Assembly: GCA_048128005.1 (NCBI GenBank)
Contig: JBEUKZ010000126.1
Span: forward strand, 1-64,000
DNA: 64,000 bases
DNA from: Veleropilina oligotropha
Taxonomy: Eukaryota
Direction of reading: 5' to 3'
In this document: positions 8,761 through 21,056 of the stretch, piece by piece
Layout of the letters: each line of letters opens with the position of its first letter
How positions within the stretch are numbered: the first letter of the stretch is position 1
Translations under genes and position numbers: made by a program
Notes under the pieces: model-generated
Database searches by the model: none
The model's input: only the letters and a program-made list of their open reading frames with translations
Told to the model about the DNA's origin: nothing

Positions 8761-8983
8761 ATTTTGCCATTCTAAAAAGTCCAATCACCCCCCCTGCTAC
8801 TGCTCGCATAACTGAGGAGCCCGGGCCGGCGAGGGTAGTGGGCCGTCCCTGGGGCTCTATATAGTCTACGTTGGGTCGGAAAAGGTGCATTCATCCCTAC
8901 TCTAAGCTACCCTAGGCTCGGAACGGGTGCTGGGAGCCTTATTTTCCCATTCTAAAAAGTCTACTGACCCCCCCTGCTGCTGC
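8761..8983. repeat. Two ~43-bp direct repeats exactly 180 bp apart at the candidate viral terminus
   Basis: ATTTTGCCATTCTAAAAAGTCCAATCACCCCCCCTGCTACTGC (8761) versus ATTTTCCCATTCTAAAAAGTCTACTGACCCCCCCTGCTGCTGC (8941). Confidence 0.85.
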
Positions 8984-10346
8984 GTCTGATGTGGAAATGA
9001 TTCCAAGACTGGATATAAAAAAACACTAAGATGACATACCAGAATATCGACGCATGATCACCTTGTCGGGGAAGTTGTTACCAACATCATTGCCTGCCCT
9101 CCTGGATGACGCATCCATCAAAGATATCCGCGTTTTGGGAATTATGAGAATAAACGCCATACCCGTGGATGTACAATATGTAGCAGGTGCAAGACACAGT
9201 ATCTGGATCAACCCATTGTATAATAAATACTGATGAACCGTGGATATTGTCCGGTTACGACACCCACCAATGTAGAAATATCAGATATTCGTCTGTTTAA
9301 GACTCAGGTCAATTCCTTCTATGATCCCATGAAAGCGTTGAAAATAGAGAGTTTTGGTCGTCTCGAATTATGGCCAAAATATGAATCAGCAAACAAAGAT
9401 TGGCTACCAATTCTTGAACACGAATGATCTTCCTCTCGGACCATTGCCTTGATCACAAGCAAATTGTGCGCGCTCTGCAAAAAGGCAACCAAAGCAGCAC
9501 TGGCAAGAAACATTGAAGCACGCGTGACCACGGGTCATCTTGTTGTTCATATCACGGAACTGCGAGAAATTCTTCCAACTTCCAGTACACATAATAGTGT
9601 CCGCTGAAAACATGTACAAACATGAACGATAGTTACGCCATCACTATCGAATTGGTTGACCAGATGGCGGACGAAGGTTATTCCTTCTGTTCAATAACAT
9701 TGTCATGCGGATGTGTACATTATACCACTTATAAATATATTTATAAAGTTATTTATCTCTCGAAGAAAGACGTCATATAATTATACATCGTGAGCAATGT
9801 ATGCAGATGTTTAGTTTATTTTGGTGACAGCCAATCACGAGAATATTCACTACAGGCTAGTTATCTTTGAAAGTTAATTTCACCTTGAAAGCTACAAGTT
9901 ACAGATGTCCAGCAAGCAGTTATGAAATGTAGACATAGAAAGCTACCAGGAATTTGTAATTTCATTAAGTACCATCTACATGGCACCACTAGATGAAAAA
10001 TTGTCTAACGGCCCCTCGACTAATGTACAAGCGTCGGGTGCATTTATACATCGTCAATGAAAATCGAAATCGTGAATGGACTGGTGGAGATCGGGTCACG
10101 TGGAATATCTGGAAAAGGCTGACACACGGACTCATGCAATTTCTTTCAATGTTTCACGTTTTCACGTTCTAGAATATATCTAATCACATTTTAACGCACA
10201 AACCCATTACCACCCTGTGTTAAGGTCAAAGGGCATACTGGGAAAATTTGTGACCGTTGCACAACTACATGATGTAGTGATCATGTATGCAAAGTGTCGA
10301 TGAAATATTCCGAGCAGGTTGGGAGTAGTCCGGACAAGTTAATAAC

Positions 10347-11055
10347 GGACTGGTCATTTATTATAGGGGGGGGGGGGGGGAGGTGGGCCGGTGGAAATGG
10401 TCTACTGAGCGTGTTGAAAAATGGTGATCCACCAACGGACCAGGTGTCTTTTTTTTCATGACCCACCCCCAGAACGTGTCTTTTTTTCCTGACCCACCCC
10501 CCGGGGGGGGGGCTCTGAAGTGTGAAAGGGGTCCAACTCTTACAATATATTCTTAATTGTCCGCGCAGCAGGAAAATGTGTGAAACTCTGTCCTGCATTT
10601 TGAGGGGATGAATGACATGTATTTATGCAACATTTATTGCTCAAATACAAAAAAAACATCATTTTAAGCTGGATACCAAGCCACATTACCATCGAAGGCA
10701 ATGAAAAGGCTGATAAAGCAGCAAGTCAGCTTTACAAATTAACCAACGTATACACTTTAAAATTCCATATTACGATTTAAGTACACATTTTTACGTTTAA
10801 ATTACATGGCAATGTTGTTTGGATGATCTCATAAACTGCAGATTGTCCAGGATCTTCTTGGTGAGTGGGGTCCCTCTTACAGGTTCCTGCGTCATGAAAA
10901 GATGGTCTTGGCCAGACCGAGAATTGGGCCTTCTCACCACTCATACTTGCTTAAAAGGGGAGCTTCCACCTGAGTGTGTTCCTTGGGCTACTGTCCTAAC
11001 AGTCAAACATATTTTATTGGACTGTGTTGAATTAGACACAATGTGTCAAAAATAA
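10347..11055 (+). repeat. Dispersed repeat (second copy 61868-62515) carrying a degraded RNase H-type LINE 3' fragment
   Basis: Closely similar copies both start GGACTGGTCATTTATTATAGGGGG. Both encode WIPSHITxEGNEKADKA (RNase H C-terminal motif) and HTCLKGExPPxCVPWATVLTVKHIxLDCV (I-group LINE zinc-knuckle region) with frameshifts. Confidence 0.75.
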
Positions 11056-11655
11056 TGGGATTCGTCCTTCAAAAACTATTTAGTAATGTTAAAATTGATG
11101 TCATTTTAGGTTTTTTAAAAGAAGCTAATATAACCCTTTTACTTTTACAAAACTGCTGGTTAATTTTTTTAGCAAATTTATTTTATATTGATTTCATTGT
11201 ATGTCTCATATGTAAAAATTGAATACTGTTTCTAATATATCTGGTAATTTTAATCTTTTAAGTTGCTTGACTCGAATCCGATATTGCTGGCATGGTCGTA
11301 AAACACTAATTCAATTGAACAAACAATGTTTAGAAGTCCAGAGGTCACTATGTCAGGGTCAAAGATCATACCGGGGAAATTTGTGAAAGTTGCACAACTA
11401 CCGGTACATGATGTAGTGATCAAGTATGCCAAGTATCGATGAAATATTCCCAGTAGGTTGAGAGGAGTAGCCCGGACAAGTTAATAACAGACAATGTTTA
11501 CAAGTCCAGAGGTCGCTACGAAAAGGTCAAAGGTCCAACCGGGAAAATTTGTCGCAGGTAACAACTACATGATGTAGTGATCATGTATGCCAAGTGCCGA
11601 TGAATTCTGCTCAGCAGGTTGGAAGGAATAGTGCGGACGGACAGACAGACGGACA

Positions 11656-11979
11656 CAGGGTTCTGCCCAAAGTGGGCGGCGGTGGGCGCATGTACCCGGC
11701 ACTCATGACTCGCCGCCCGGCACTCAACTAGAATTTTATTATTTTTTTTTTATTTTTTTATTTTTTATTTATTGCATTTACAATGAATTTGGACATTTTA
11801 ATAAAGGAAATGTAACAAAAGATGCCAAATGTATTGTTATCGATTTGAATATTCCAAGCATATTATCTACTTAGGTGTACATTTTACTCATTTTCATTTA
11901 CCACCCGGCACTACTATTTTACCGCCCGGCACACACGATGTTACCACCCGGCACTCATGATTTTCTGGGCAGAACCCTA
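11656..11979. mobile_element. CAG-terminated MITE, 6-bp TSD CGGACA
   Basis: TIR CAGGGTTCTGCCCA / TGGGCAGAACCCTA, flanked by CGGACA on both sides. Confidence 0.8.
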
Positions 11980-12467
11980 CGGACAGACAGGGTGATTCCA
12001 ATATACCCCACCTAACGTCGTTACGTTGGTATAATAAAAGCTCTCAAATAAAGTTGAGATGGTATCTCGTATGGAAAGGTAATAATCAATTCCGTCGTGT
12101 GAGTTCGAGGAGGAACAAAACTTCAAACCAGCATAATTAGCTTTAAAGTTGCTGACCTCGAATCAGTTACATAAAATGAGATTAAACATCAATTAATCTG
12201 ACAATTTCACTGCATGTGTTCTTAGCAAAAATAAAATTTAAGAAATTTTAATAAATGTTGCTAACGTCGATATTGAATAAAAGGCGCACGCTTTTTGTTC
12301 AATATTGACATTTACAATATTTATTACTAAATGATAAATTTTATGCAAACAACACATACAGAAAGTGTCAGATTAAATGGCTTTAAATCCTATTTTACGG
12401 GACTGAATCTGGTTTAGCAAGTTTAACTTTTAAATTTGTCAGTAAACAAGGATACAACCAATCTTAC

Positions 12468-12625
12468 CACTTCAGAATTCCGTTCATCCACTCGGACAGC
12501 GCTGCGATCCACAGAATCCTCTTTCCAACCGTTGGCAGAAGGAAAAACATCAGCGGAAAGTAAATCAGGAACGCATTTCTGGGATCGCCGAGATGAGATG
12601 CCCATAGCATCAGCTCACTGTGTGG
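12468..12625 (-). CDS. G6PC: Glucose-6-phosphatase family gene, coding exon 2
   Basis: AG/GT bounded; PHSELMLWASHLGDPRNAFLIYFPLMFFLLPTVGKRILWIAALSEWMNGILKW (phase 2) matches the G6PC N-terminal GDPRN and W.N...KW motifs. Confidence 0.92.
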
Positions 12626-12915
12626 CTACGAAACAAATACACAATTTACAATCGAAAAACAGATCATGATTTTGAGAAATTTAATGAAAAGTCCAAAGCA
12701 GCATTTTATGGTAAAATTTGAATGAAATTATCTTCAATATTATTAATTTAGGTTCAGGTAACAATTAAATAATGATATCTATCATGTAGCAATGTTAAAA
12801 CATGCATATTGTTGTTTATAGGTTATATAGCATGATTGAAAAACTCATACAACCAGAACCAATTGTTGACACCAGTCGGATGCTAGCCAGAGGACATGCT
12901 CATTACTACGAGTAG

Positions 12916-14221
12916 CAGGGGTTGAAATTCAAATTTGACACTGCCGGTCCATGGACAGACTAGTGAAAAAAACTGCCGGTCCATGTGAAAATACTGCCAA
13001 AATGTTGTCAAAATATTTTTTAGCGGTCCAATATTATTAAATTTTGTATTTTAAGCTAATTTATTAAATTGTCATGGCTCCTCGCAGTCTCGTTAAGGTC
13101 AGGGGTGTCTGTCACTTTGCCTTTGCTCGTAAAACCGAATGCCATAAGACCAGCCATTTTGCAAACACGTTTTGAGGGGAGTTCGCATTAATATTTTGGA
13201 CGACAAATAGTTGTATGAAAGTAAGCCCAATTACTCAATTAATTTTGCAAAAACACGTTTAAACTGGTATCCTAAATAATATCGTCAAATTAAAGATAAC
13301 AATATAATATATACGAACTGCTCATAAACAGTGAGTGGTCAAACTCGTAAATTATTTTTCGCACATTCAAGTCAGTGCTTTCCGTAAGCAAAGCAGCGAT
13401 CGATGAAGTAAACGTTGCGAGATTTACACACCTGTGAAATTCGCGATTGTTCATTCGATCAAGAGGTTTACCTTTGGTGATGTGATTAAGCGCAAGGTAC
13501 AGCATAAGTTTATTAACACACACACAACCAGATATATATAATATTTATATGCGCTTGATAACAACAGTGGCGATTTTGAATGAAGTCTGTCATTTGGACT
13601 CGGGGCAAGAGATTTTTAATCCGATTATCCACTTTATCGATCGATATCCACCATCCCATAATATCCCCAATTGACATCGCTCATTTCCGTAACATTTCTG
13701 CACTGAAAAGATGTTTACAGAACTTTCAGCTATGACTTTTTCCGGAGGTAAAAATTATTTTGAAACCCACGAGGTTTCAGAAATGGTTCAAACTTCGAAT
13801 GTTACTGTTGAATAAACATCTTTACGATGGCATAGCAAGACATACTGGCAAATACGCAAGTATTTTTATCAATTTAACGATATTATTATCAGTTATGCAT
13901 TGTTTGATCAATTACGCAGTCAAAAATTTCTTATGCCAATAAGCAAAAATCCAGTAATTATGCATGCAATTAAGCAATTATTTGCATATGATAATAATAG
14001 TAAACTATTCTGTTCCTGCAGATTTTATGCAAATATCCAAAATATGCAAATAAGCATTATGCAATTAAGTGGAATCCACTGTAATCCTATTACAGACATG
14101 TGCGTCCGGCGATGTATTCATTTGCCGTCGGTCACAATGACCGATAGCAAATATATTTTGTCGATCAAACTCGTATTGTTGCCAGTCATGACCGGCATTT
14201 AGTAGCTAATTTCAAGGCCTG
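12916..14221. mobile_element. CAG-terminated MITE (approx. 5-bp TSD AGTAG/AGTAA) containing a Tc1/pogo-MITE fragment
   Basis: TIR CAGGGGTTGAAATT / AATTTCAAGGCCTG; ~13780-14083 is an inverted partial copy of 54321-54630. Confidence 0.65.
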
Positions 14222-15152
14222 AGTAAGAAATAGGACCTTGTTCACTAGTGATTGATTGACATAATAACAATAATTAGTTATTACCCGTGCGAACTTGGAT
14301 GAAGGCTATGTTTTTCAAAGTAGTTGGAGTGTCTAAAATTAAATGTCGCTTTCCGAATAATACACTACGCTAGCCTACCATACCTTAAAACACTTAATAT
14401 ATGCAAACTTTCAAATTAAATGTACTAGACCCCTCACAGGCTCTGGTTGTTCTTCCATAATACTTGGTCGATTACAATATGGATGTATCAGTCATAGTCA
14501 ATATCCAGGGGCGGTGAATGTTTTCAGAGATATTTTACCACGATAACATGGCTGGAAGGATCGATGCTTAATATCCTGTATACTAGTATTTACAATCATT
14601 AACTTCAAGGTAGGACATTCCATATTATCGCGGAAGGAAAACCAGGTCGCTCGAGAATTAAACCCACACTCGGTGACACTCTCCGGTCAGCTACAAACAA
14701 AGAATGTTAATGCCCAAACTGAGATTCGAATCCACTCCAACTAGCGCAAGTGCAATCAAGCCAGTAATTTCCGAGTCAGCCTTCGATACCACATGACTAC
14801 CGGGGCGACCACGACAACATGGATCTTTTCCAATATGATCCTAGATGAAAATTTGACAATAAACTCAAATCAAGTTGTTCTAAGTACTTGAAATAAAATC
14901 TACCATTAATGTACAGCAGCACATAGCAGATCAGTAGAATAACACTGGTCACCCGGTTCCGTAATGGATACGAGCGCAGACTTTGAATTCACTCGCTCGA
15001 CTGCTCTATCTAACAGGAGAGGGATGAATCGATGACGGAGCACTCTTTTTCAATTAAGAATCACAGTCATCCGTAACTGGCCGGTGAGGGATGGTTTCCA
15101 AAACAAAACAAACTTGTACTTTAACAGCATTAACTGTCGCCATCATAAATAC

Positions 15153-15212
15153 CTTAAATGTCTCTTGCAGATACTGAATCAAGGTAATCCCTTGTAGATG
15201 TACAAAATCCAT
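15153..15212 (-). CDS. G6PC: Glucose-6-phosphatase family gene, first coding exon
   Basis: MDFVHLQGITLIQYLQETFK followed by a GT donor; resembles the vertebrate G6PC2 N-terminus and joins in phase 0 to 12625. Acceptor at 15222-15223 implies an upstream non-coding exon. Confidence 0.9.
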
Positions 15213-15440
15213 GATTCACTTCTACAAATCAGTAAAATGATAGCGTTATACAGCATTATAACATTAATTTTTGTAAGAACATACCACAGCGCTATTCAGT
15301 ACAGACCTACAAACATCCAGTATATGACGAGATAGTCCTGTCGTCTCAACATTTTTGACCCGTATCCTGTATAAGTACAGTAATTCTCTCCTATGATCAC
15401 CAATTTCATATTTCAAGTATTTGCTTTTAAATAAATGCTG

Positions 15441-16253
15441 CAGGGGCGGATCCAAGATTTTGACAAGGGGAGGGGTCCAACTTTCATAAAATATACATCA
15501 ACTGTATGTTCGCGTGAAATTTTGACAATCAACAACCTAAAACCTCGTCTCCTGCACTCTGACAAGGCAAAAGCGATATTTCTTACCAACATTAATATTT
15601 CTGAACCATTTTCACTAAAACGTATGGGTATTTTTTTCTTTTTTTTCACATGCATTTCTGCTTTCAAGCTTTCTGCTTTGAAACTCGATCCCCTCCTGCA
15701 TTCTGACACAAATTTGTTTTCACTAAAATATGTATAAAGACATTTATCGTTTTTTCACAATCAAATACAAGCATTTTTTATTTTCTCGAGGGGGGAACCG
15801 CTTAGACCCCCAGAAATTTTTGATAATTAACGATGTGAAATCCTCTCTCCTGCTATCTGTCAGTGCAAACACGATATTTCTTGCAAACATTTATGAACCG
15901 TTTTCACTAAAATGTATGAGTAAATATATATTTCGGGGTTTTTCGCAATGAAACACATGCATTTCTCATTTTCAAAAGGAGGGGCTGGAACCTCCGATTC
16001 TCAGAAAATGTTGACAATTAACGGTGTGAACCCCCTCACATGCATTATGCCAGTACAAATACAATATTTCTTCGACTCACGTCTTAATGCATGTGCTTTA
16101 AGAAACGGTTCTTTAACATAACCCTATACCCCTAACTGCACAGAAAAGTCTACGGATTTTTTTCACTTTTTTTTTTTCACATTTTTTAATGGCCGAGGCC
16201 AAGGGGCACTTGGTCCGTCAAGGGGGGTCCGACCCCCTCTAGATCCGCCCCTG
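15441..16253. mobile_element. CAG-terminated MITE, 5-bp TSD TGCTG
   Basis: TIR CAGGGGCGGATC / GATCCGCCCCTG; internal degenerate tandem repeats. Confidence 0.8.
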
Positions 16254-19200
16254 TGCTGACTATCACAATGGAGAAGTGAACGACTGATATGCAGTTAATT
16301 ACATAAGGATTCTGGATACAAGAACTGCTAAATTGCATTCAATAGATCCCGACTGGTGGGTCTTCATCAGAGGGGCGTCCTTCGCTCCAAATACATAAGG
16401 ATTGATCATTGTACTGCACTTTACTTAAAGTTACCACTGTTGGTGTTCATCACATTAGTTTATTTAATTTTCCAAGCTAATCATTTTAATGGGCCAAGCT
16501 AATTATCGCCACACTTGACTTCTCTGTTGAACATCAATTTTGAAGTGACTCTAGTCAAATGGAATATTGTCGCCAAACCAAAGTAATTATACAAGGAGGA
16601 GGAGGAGGAATGATGCTTAATGTCCTGTATATTTACAACATCGAGGTTCAAGGCAGGACATGTCCGTGTTATCGCGGGAGGAAACCCCGGTCATCCAGGT
16701 AAACCCGCCCTCTTCGGCCAGTCACGGACAACTGTGATTCATAACTTGAACAAATTTCAATGCCTCAGCCAGGTATTGACCCCACTACTGTTCGCATTAG
16801 CGGAATCAAGCCAGTGAATTTAGAGTGGACACTCTACCCACTGCGCTGCCGAAGCGGCCAATTATACAAGGATATATGCGGATAATCAAATGATGTAGTG
16901 CAACAACTCTTCATATAATGTAATTAATCCCATAAAATCATGAGCTCATATCCAAGTAAAATTAATAACGAAATAAACCAGATGTAAAAAATCTCCCTCT
17001 TCAAATGTTGACATGTCTGATAGCAGCACATAATCAAAGGAAAATGACGAATTTATAATCATTAATTCTAAATGGTATTTTTTGCATACAATTACAAATT
17101 GTCAATTGTGTTAGTATTTCATAGTCAGGTTACTCATAACCCAAGACAGGCACATTATAAAATAGTGCGTAAAACTTAAAAAATGCAACACACAATACAA
17201 GATCATAAACTACCGGATGACAATTCCAGTAGAAAGCTATAAACAGACTGTGCATGGCTGACAAGCAATAATCATACTGTTATATTACTAATAATTAGAC
17301 ACATCTCAACTTTCATGATTATCCAAATGTATCTGGGTGTGACGTCATTTGCAGACTAATGCTGTGTTCGATTTACACGATTTTCATATTCCAAATAGCG
17401 GGTCTTAAAATCAGCTTAACCGAAACCTATATGATTGAGAATATGTAGTGTTTGTTTAATGTCACTTTCTGTTGTGACAATGTCCTGTTCTGTTGTGCCT
17501 CTGATGAAAGTAACTTTAGGTGTAACAGTAGTTTCTGTTGGCACATGAACACCGCTCGTATCTGGCCAAAGATATGCCACACAACCATTTGATAACTAAC
17601 AAGGATTGACTCAACACTATTATCGAATGAAATCATTTCTGCTATCCGCCATGCAGAATGTACCCCAGTGCATCCATCATCCATGATAGCAGTATCATGC
17701 TGCTATCATGGATGATGGTTGGTTGGGAACATTGTTTTACGACCACTTTTGGCAATTTTTCAGCTGTATTGTAGTCGGGATACCCAGTTTAAGGCAGTGG
17801 CGCATCCAGGCATAGGCACCAAGGTACGTGCCTACACATAATTTTAGGGTAAACTTAAAAATGCTATAAGTAACTTATAATAATGACAAAAAACGTCATA
17901 GAATTTGCACTCTCAGAATGCAGGAGAGGATTTCACACCATTGATTGCTAAGAAATTACCTCCGCATGGGCCGAGACCCCCACGCGAACCGTTGATAGTA
18001 TATTTTCAACCATGGTGCCTACACATGATTAGATGGCTGGATTGTCGGGACACCCGGTTTAAGGTATCACTCCGATCTGACGACATACATTACTGATGAT
18101 TACTTACGGATATTCCTTTTATTATTTTAAGCGGTAGAACGAAACACTGCTCGCCTTGACCCCGGGCCAAACTAACAGCTTCGGTTGAGAGTCTGACGCC
18201 GATGCGTGGATGCACTGTGGTATGCGAATCAAATGGCAATTCCATGGCATAAACCGAAATCTATGAAACCTGATCCGGAGAAGGTTTCAGTTCTGTGAAG
18301 CGAACAATTTAAACAAACAGAATCCTAAAACTATATATTGCAGAATAACTGTCGAACCAACTTCAGATATCGTCACAAGTCAATCAATGAAAGTTCACTT
18401 CCAAAGACCAGAACGTAACTATTAAATCTTGTCCTAATAACGAGCACGAAGTGCGAGCTCTTATAGGCTAACATGTGCGTAGAAAATAATGAATTCTCAA
18501 CAAAATCGTATAGGCCTACCTTTGTTAGAATAAACGGAAACCCGAAATTCAGGCATTCTGGGATTGGTTTGGCCAAAACAAGGACATCTTCATTTATGGG
18601 TAATTATTAATGTTGTAGAATATATTTTATTTATTTGCCAAGAGTGCACATTAAACATGCTTATGACAGGCGCGTATACCGCCTGTCATAAGTAATAATT
18701 TCTTTTGAAGATTAAATACTAGTACTGGTATCCAAATCTCGGATAATAGCAAGCGTAAATGTGACGTCACGCGCTACATTTCAAATTCGGTTGAATGTCG
18801 TCTTGGCAACGTTCAGAATGATTCGGAGAATAGAGGAATTTACCGAAAGAATCAAACTTGGGCCAGGACACGGAATGTTCAAAGTTGAGCCAATATAATT
18901 ATGTCAATGTTCTAGTTGGACATTGGAAGAAGGAACTTGGGCATTCTATTAAATATTTATTTTAAAACTTAGTAATTAATTTTAATAATTATATGTATAT
19001 ACCGGGTACTGTATATATAAATATGTTATATCTGAGTGCTCGTTTCTAGCTAGCACCTACAGCATGGAAACAGGACCCAAAATGGGTACCGTTGAAACGT
19101 TTATTCCAATGGCAAACTATACCAAAAGGTACAGGTGTCAAATAAATGTATATGAGGAAGAAAATAACTTATTTTACCTCGATCGTTTAGCCAGTTCCGA

Positions 19201-21056
19201 ATCATTTTTACAGGTTCCGGATTGGTGCCCCCTGGCGACAATTGAAGAATTAATTATCGAGCCTGGAACGAACTGTGCTTACCTATAGTTACTAAAAACA
19301 TGTTTCTTTTATAACAGTTATCGTTTTAGTGCATATTATTTAATATTTGATGTGATATTTGTTGGTTAGATTAATAACTTATTCAATGTGCGCTGTTTCC
19401 CAATGCTGCAATGTAGGCTTACGCACGAGCGGTGTTGAATCGATTATTTATGGAAGAATTAAAGGGACCCAATTATTTCTGTGCTACACGATGTAAAAAT
19501 TATGAATTCAATTAATATGTATGATAACAGCAAACTATAGTGGCGTTTATTTGTTAATTTGTGTATATATGTCGCTTACAATTGAAGGAAAAATCTCAAC
19601 AGCTGCTGAAAAGTCCACCAGCTTATTGAAAGTGTACCGGTATGTTTAATAGATGCCATTCTCATTATTACAATCTTTTTTAAAATAAAAGGCCACCCAA
19701 GTAGTCGTGTGGCATCGAGTGCTGACTTTGACATCACCGGCATGATTGCACTAAAAGGAGTGAGTTTGAATCTCGGCTGCAGCATTAACATTCTTTGTTT
19801 AGATATCAATCACAGTTGACTTTAACTGGCCGGACATGTTTTCCCGGGCGATCAAGAATTCCTCCAGCGATAATATGGACATGTCCTGCCGTGACAATCG
19901 GCCGACCTGATTTTCTCAGCGTTAAACCACGCGGCCACTGCTCTGAGTGGGTAAACAAACCTACGTAGTGTCGCGTTAATAGCTTTCACACTAACCTATA
20001 TACGAGACACAGAAAAACGGATTCAAAAGGCAGATAACTCCACAACATACTATGAATTAAAAATCGATGTTACAATTATCCTCTCCCGGTTATGCGCACC
20101 GCATCAAAATCTGTCACAATGGGCGGCACCATTTTGGATTGACATCCAATCTTGACACGATCGATTTATTCAACATGACATCATGCGTTTTGAAGCGGAC
20201 TTTTCTGAACCTCATATTACCGAAAGGTCGGGTCTTGGCTTTGTCACAGGTCACGCAATATTCAACCAATGAGAGATTAACTGGTCATTCTTTGCCACGG
20301 TCGATTTCGCGCATGTTGTTCATTATTTGCGAAGATTTGTAAGCGTAACCAATAAAGATATTTCATTGCTATATTTCATATACGTATATATATACATAAT
20401 CTGCGTGCTCGTCATTAGGTAGCACCTGTTGCATATTATACACGCCAGAAATTGCATTTTTTGAAAATATGTAGTATATACATGATATACCTTTCAAACA
20501 ACTATGAAGAATATATCTGTCACAGAATAAAATGTTAGAGACGGAGGTCGACATAAAAAATGATCCGGAACTGACACGTATCCGGAACCGGCTAAACGAC
20601 TGTAATTGTTATCATTTCAAATGACTGAACTGAAATATAGCAATCACCGACAATTCATCTGTTTGGTAAAGTGTAAACATTGGACAAGTCAAATGACTGT
20701 GTTTAGGATCACTATTAATTTTAAATGTTGCACTTCGTTGAGAGGTAGACAATCAGCAAAAGAATAAATTATGAATACAGCAGACGACAAACGCCACGTT
20801 TCGTGGGGGCGGCCATTGAACAGCCCCGCATTTACAATCGTAGTTAGTGTTCATTGATTGATGCTTTTATTTTGGAAATGTATTATAACACAAAACTGTT
20901 AGGCTAAATTTTTAATATAATATTTTTATTCAGAAAATTAATTAGCTTAATATTTTGTTGTGAATAACATTTTAACCAATAATAATATCGAAAGTTGGCG
21001 ACACAACTACGGTCCTTTTTCCATGTGGGATAGGTTGTGAAACACCGACCAGAAAC

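Larger units (their letters stand above)
1..8981. mobile_element. Endogenous Polinton/adintovirus-like dsDNA virus, right portion (left part beyond window)
   Basis: About 13 tightly packed intron-less ORFs on both strands, visibly more GC-rich than the host DNA beyond ~9 kb. Includes packaging ATPase, putative major and minor capsid proteins. Composition shifts after the motif CCCCCCCTGCTGCT at 8968-8981. Confidence 0.88.

Noticed and set aside
20076..20132. Short minus-strand ORF MVPPIVTDFDAVRITGRG in good start context
   Set aside because: Only 18 codons, no recognisable homology, and lies between segments repeated elsewhere (near 27055-27095 and 29068-29143), so probably transposon-derived.
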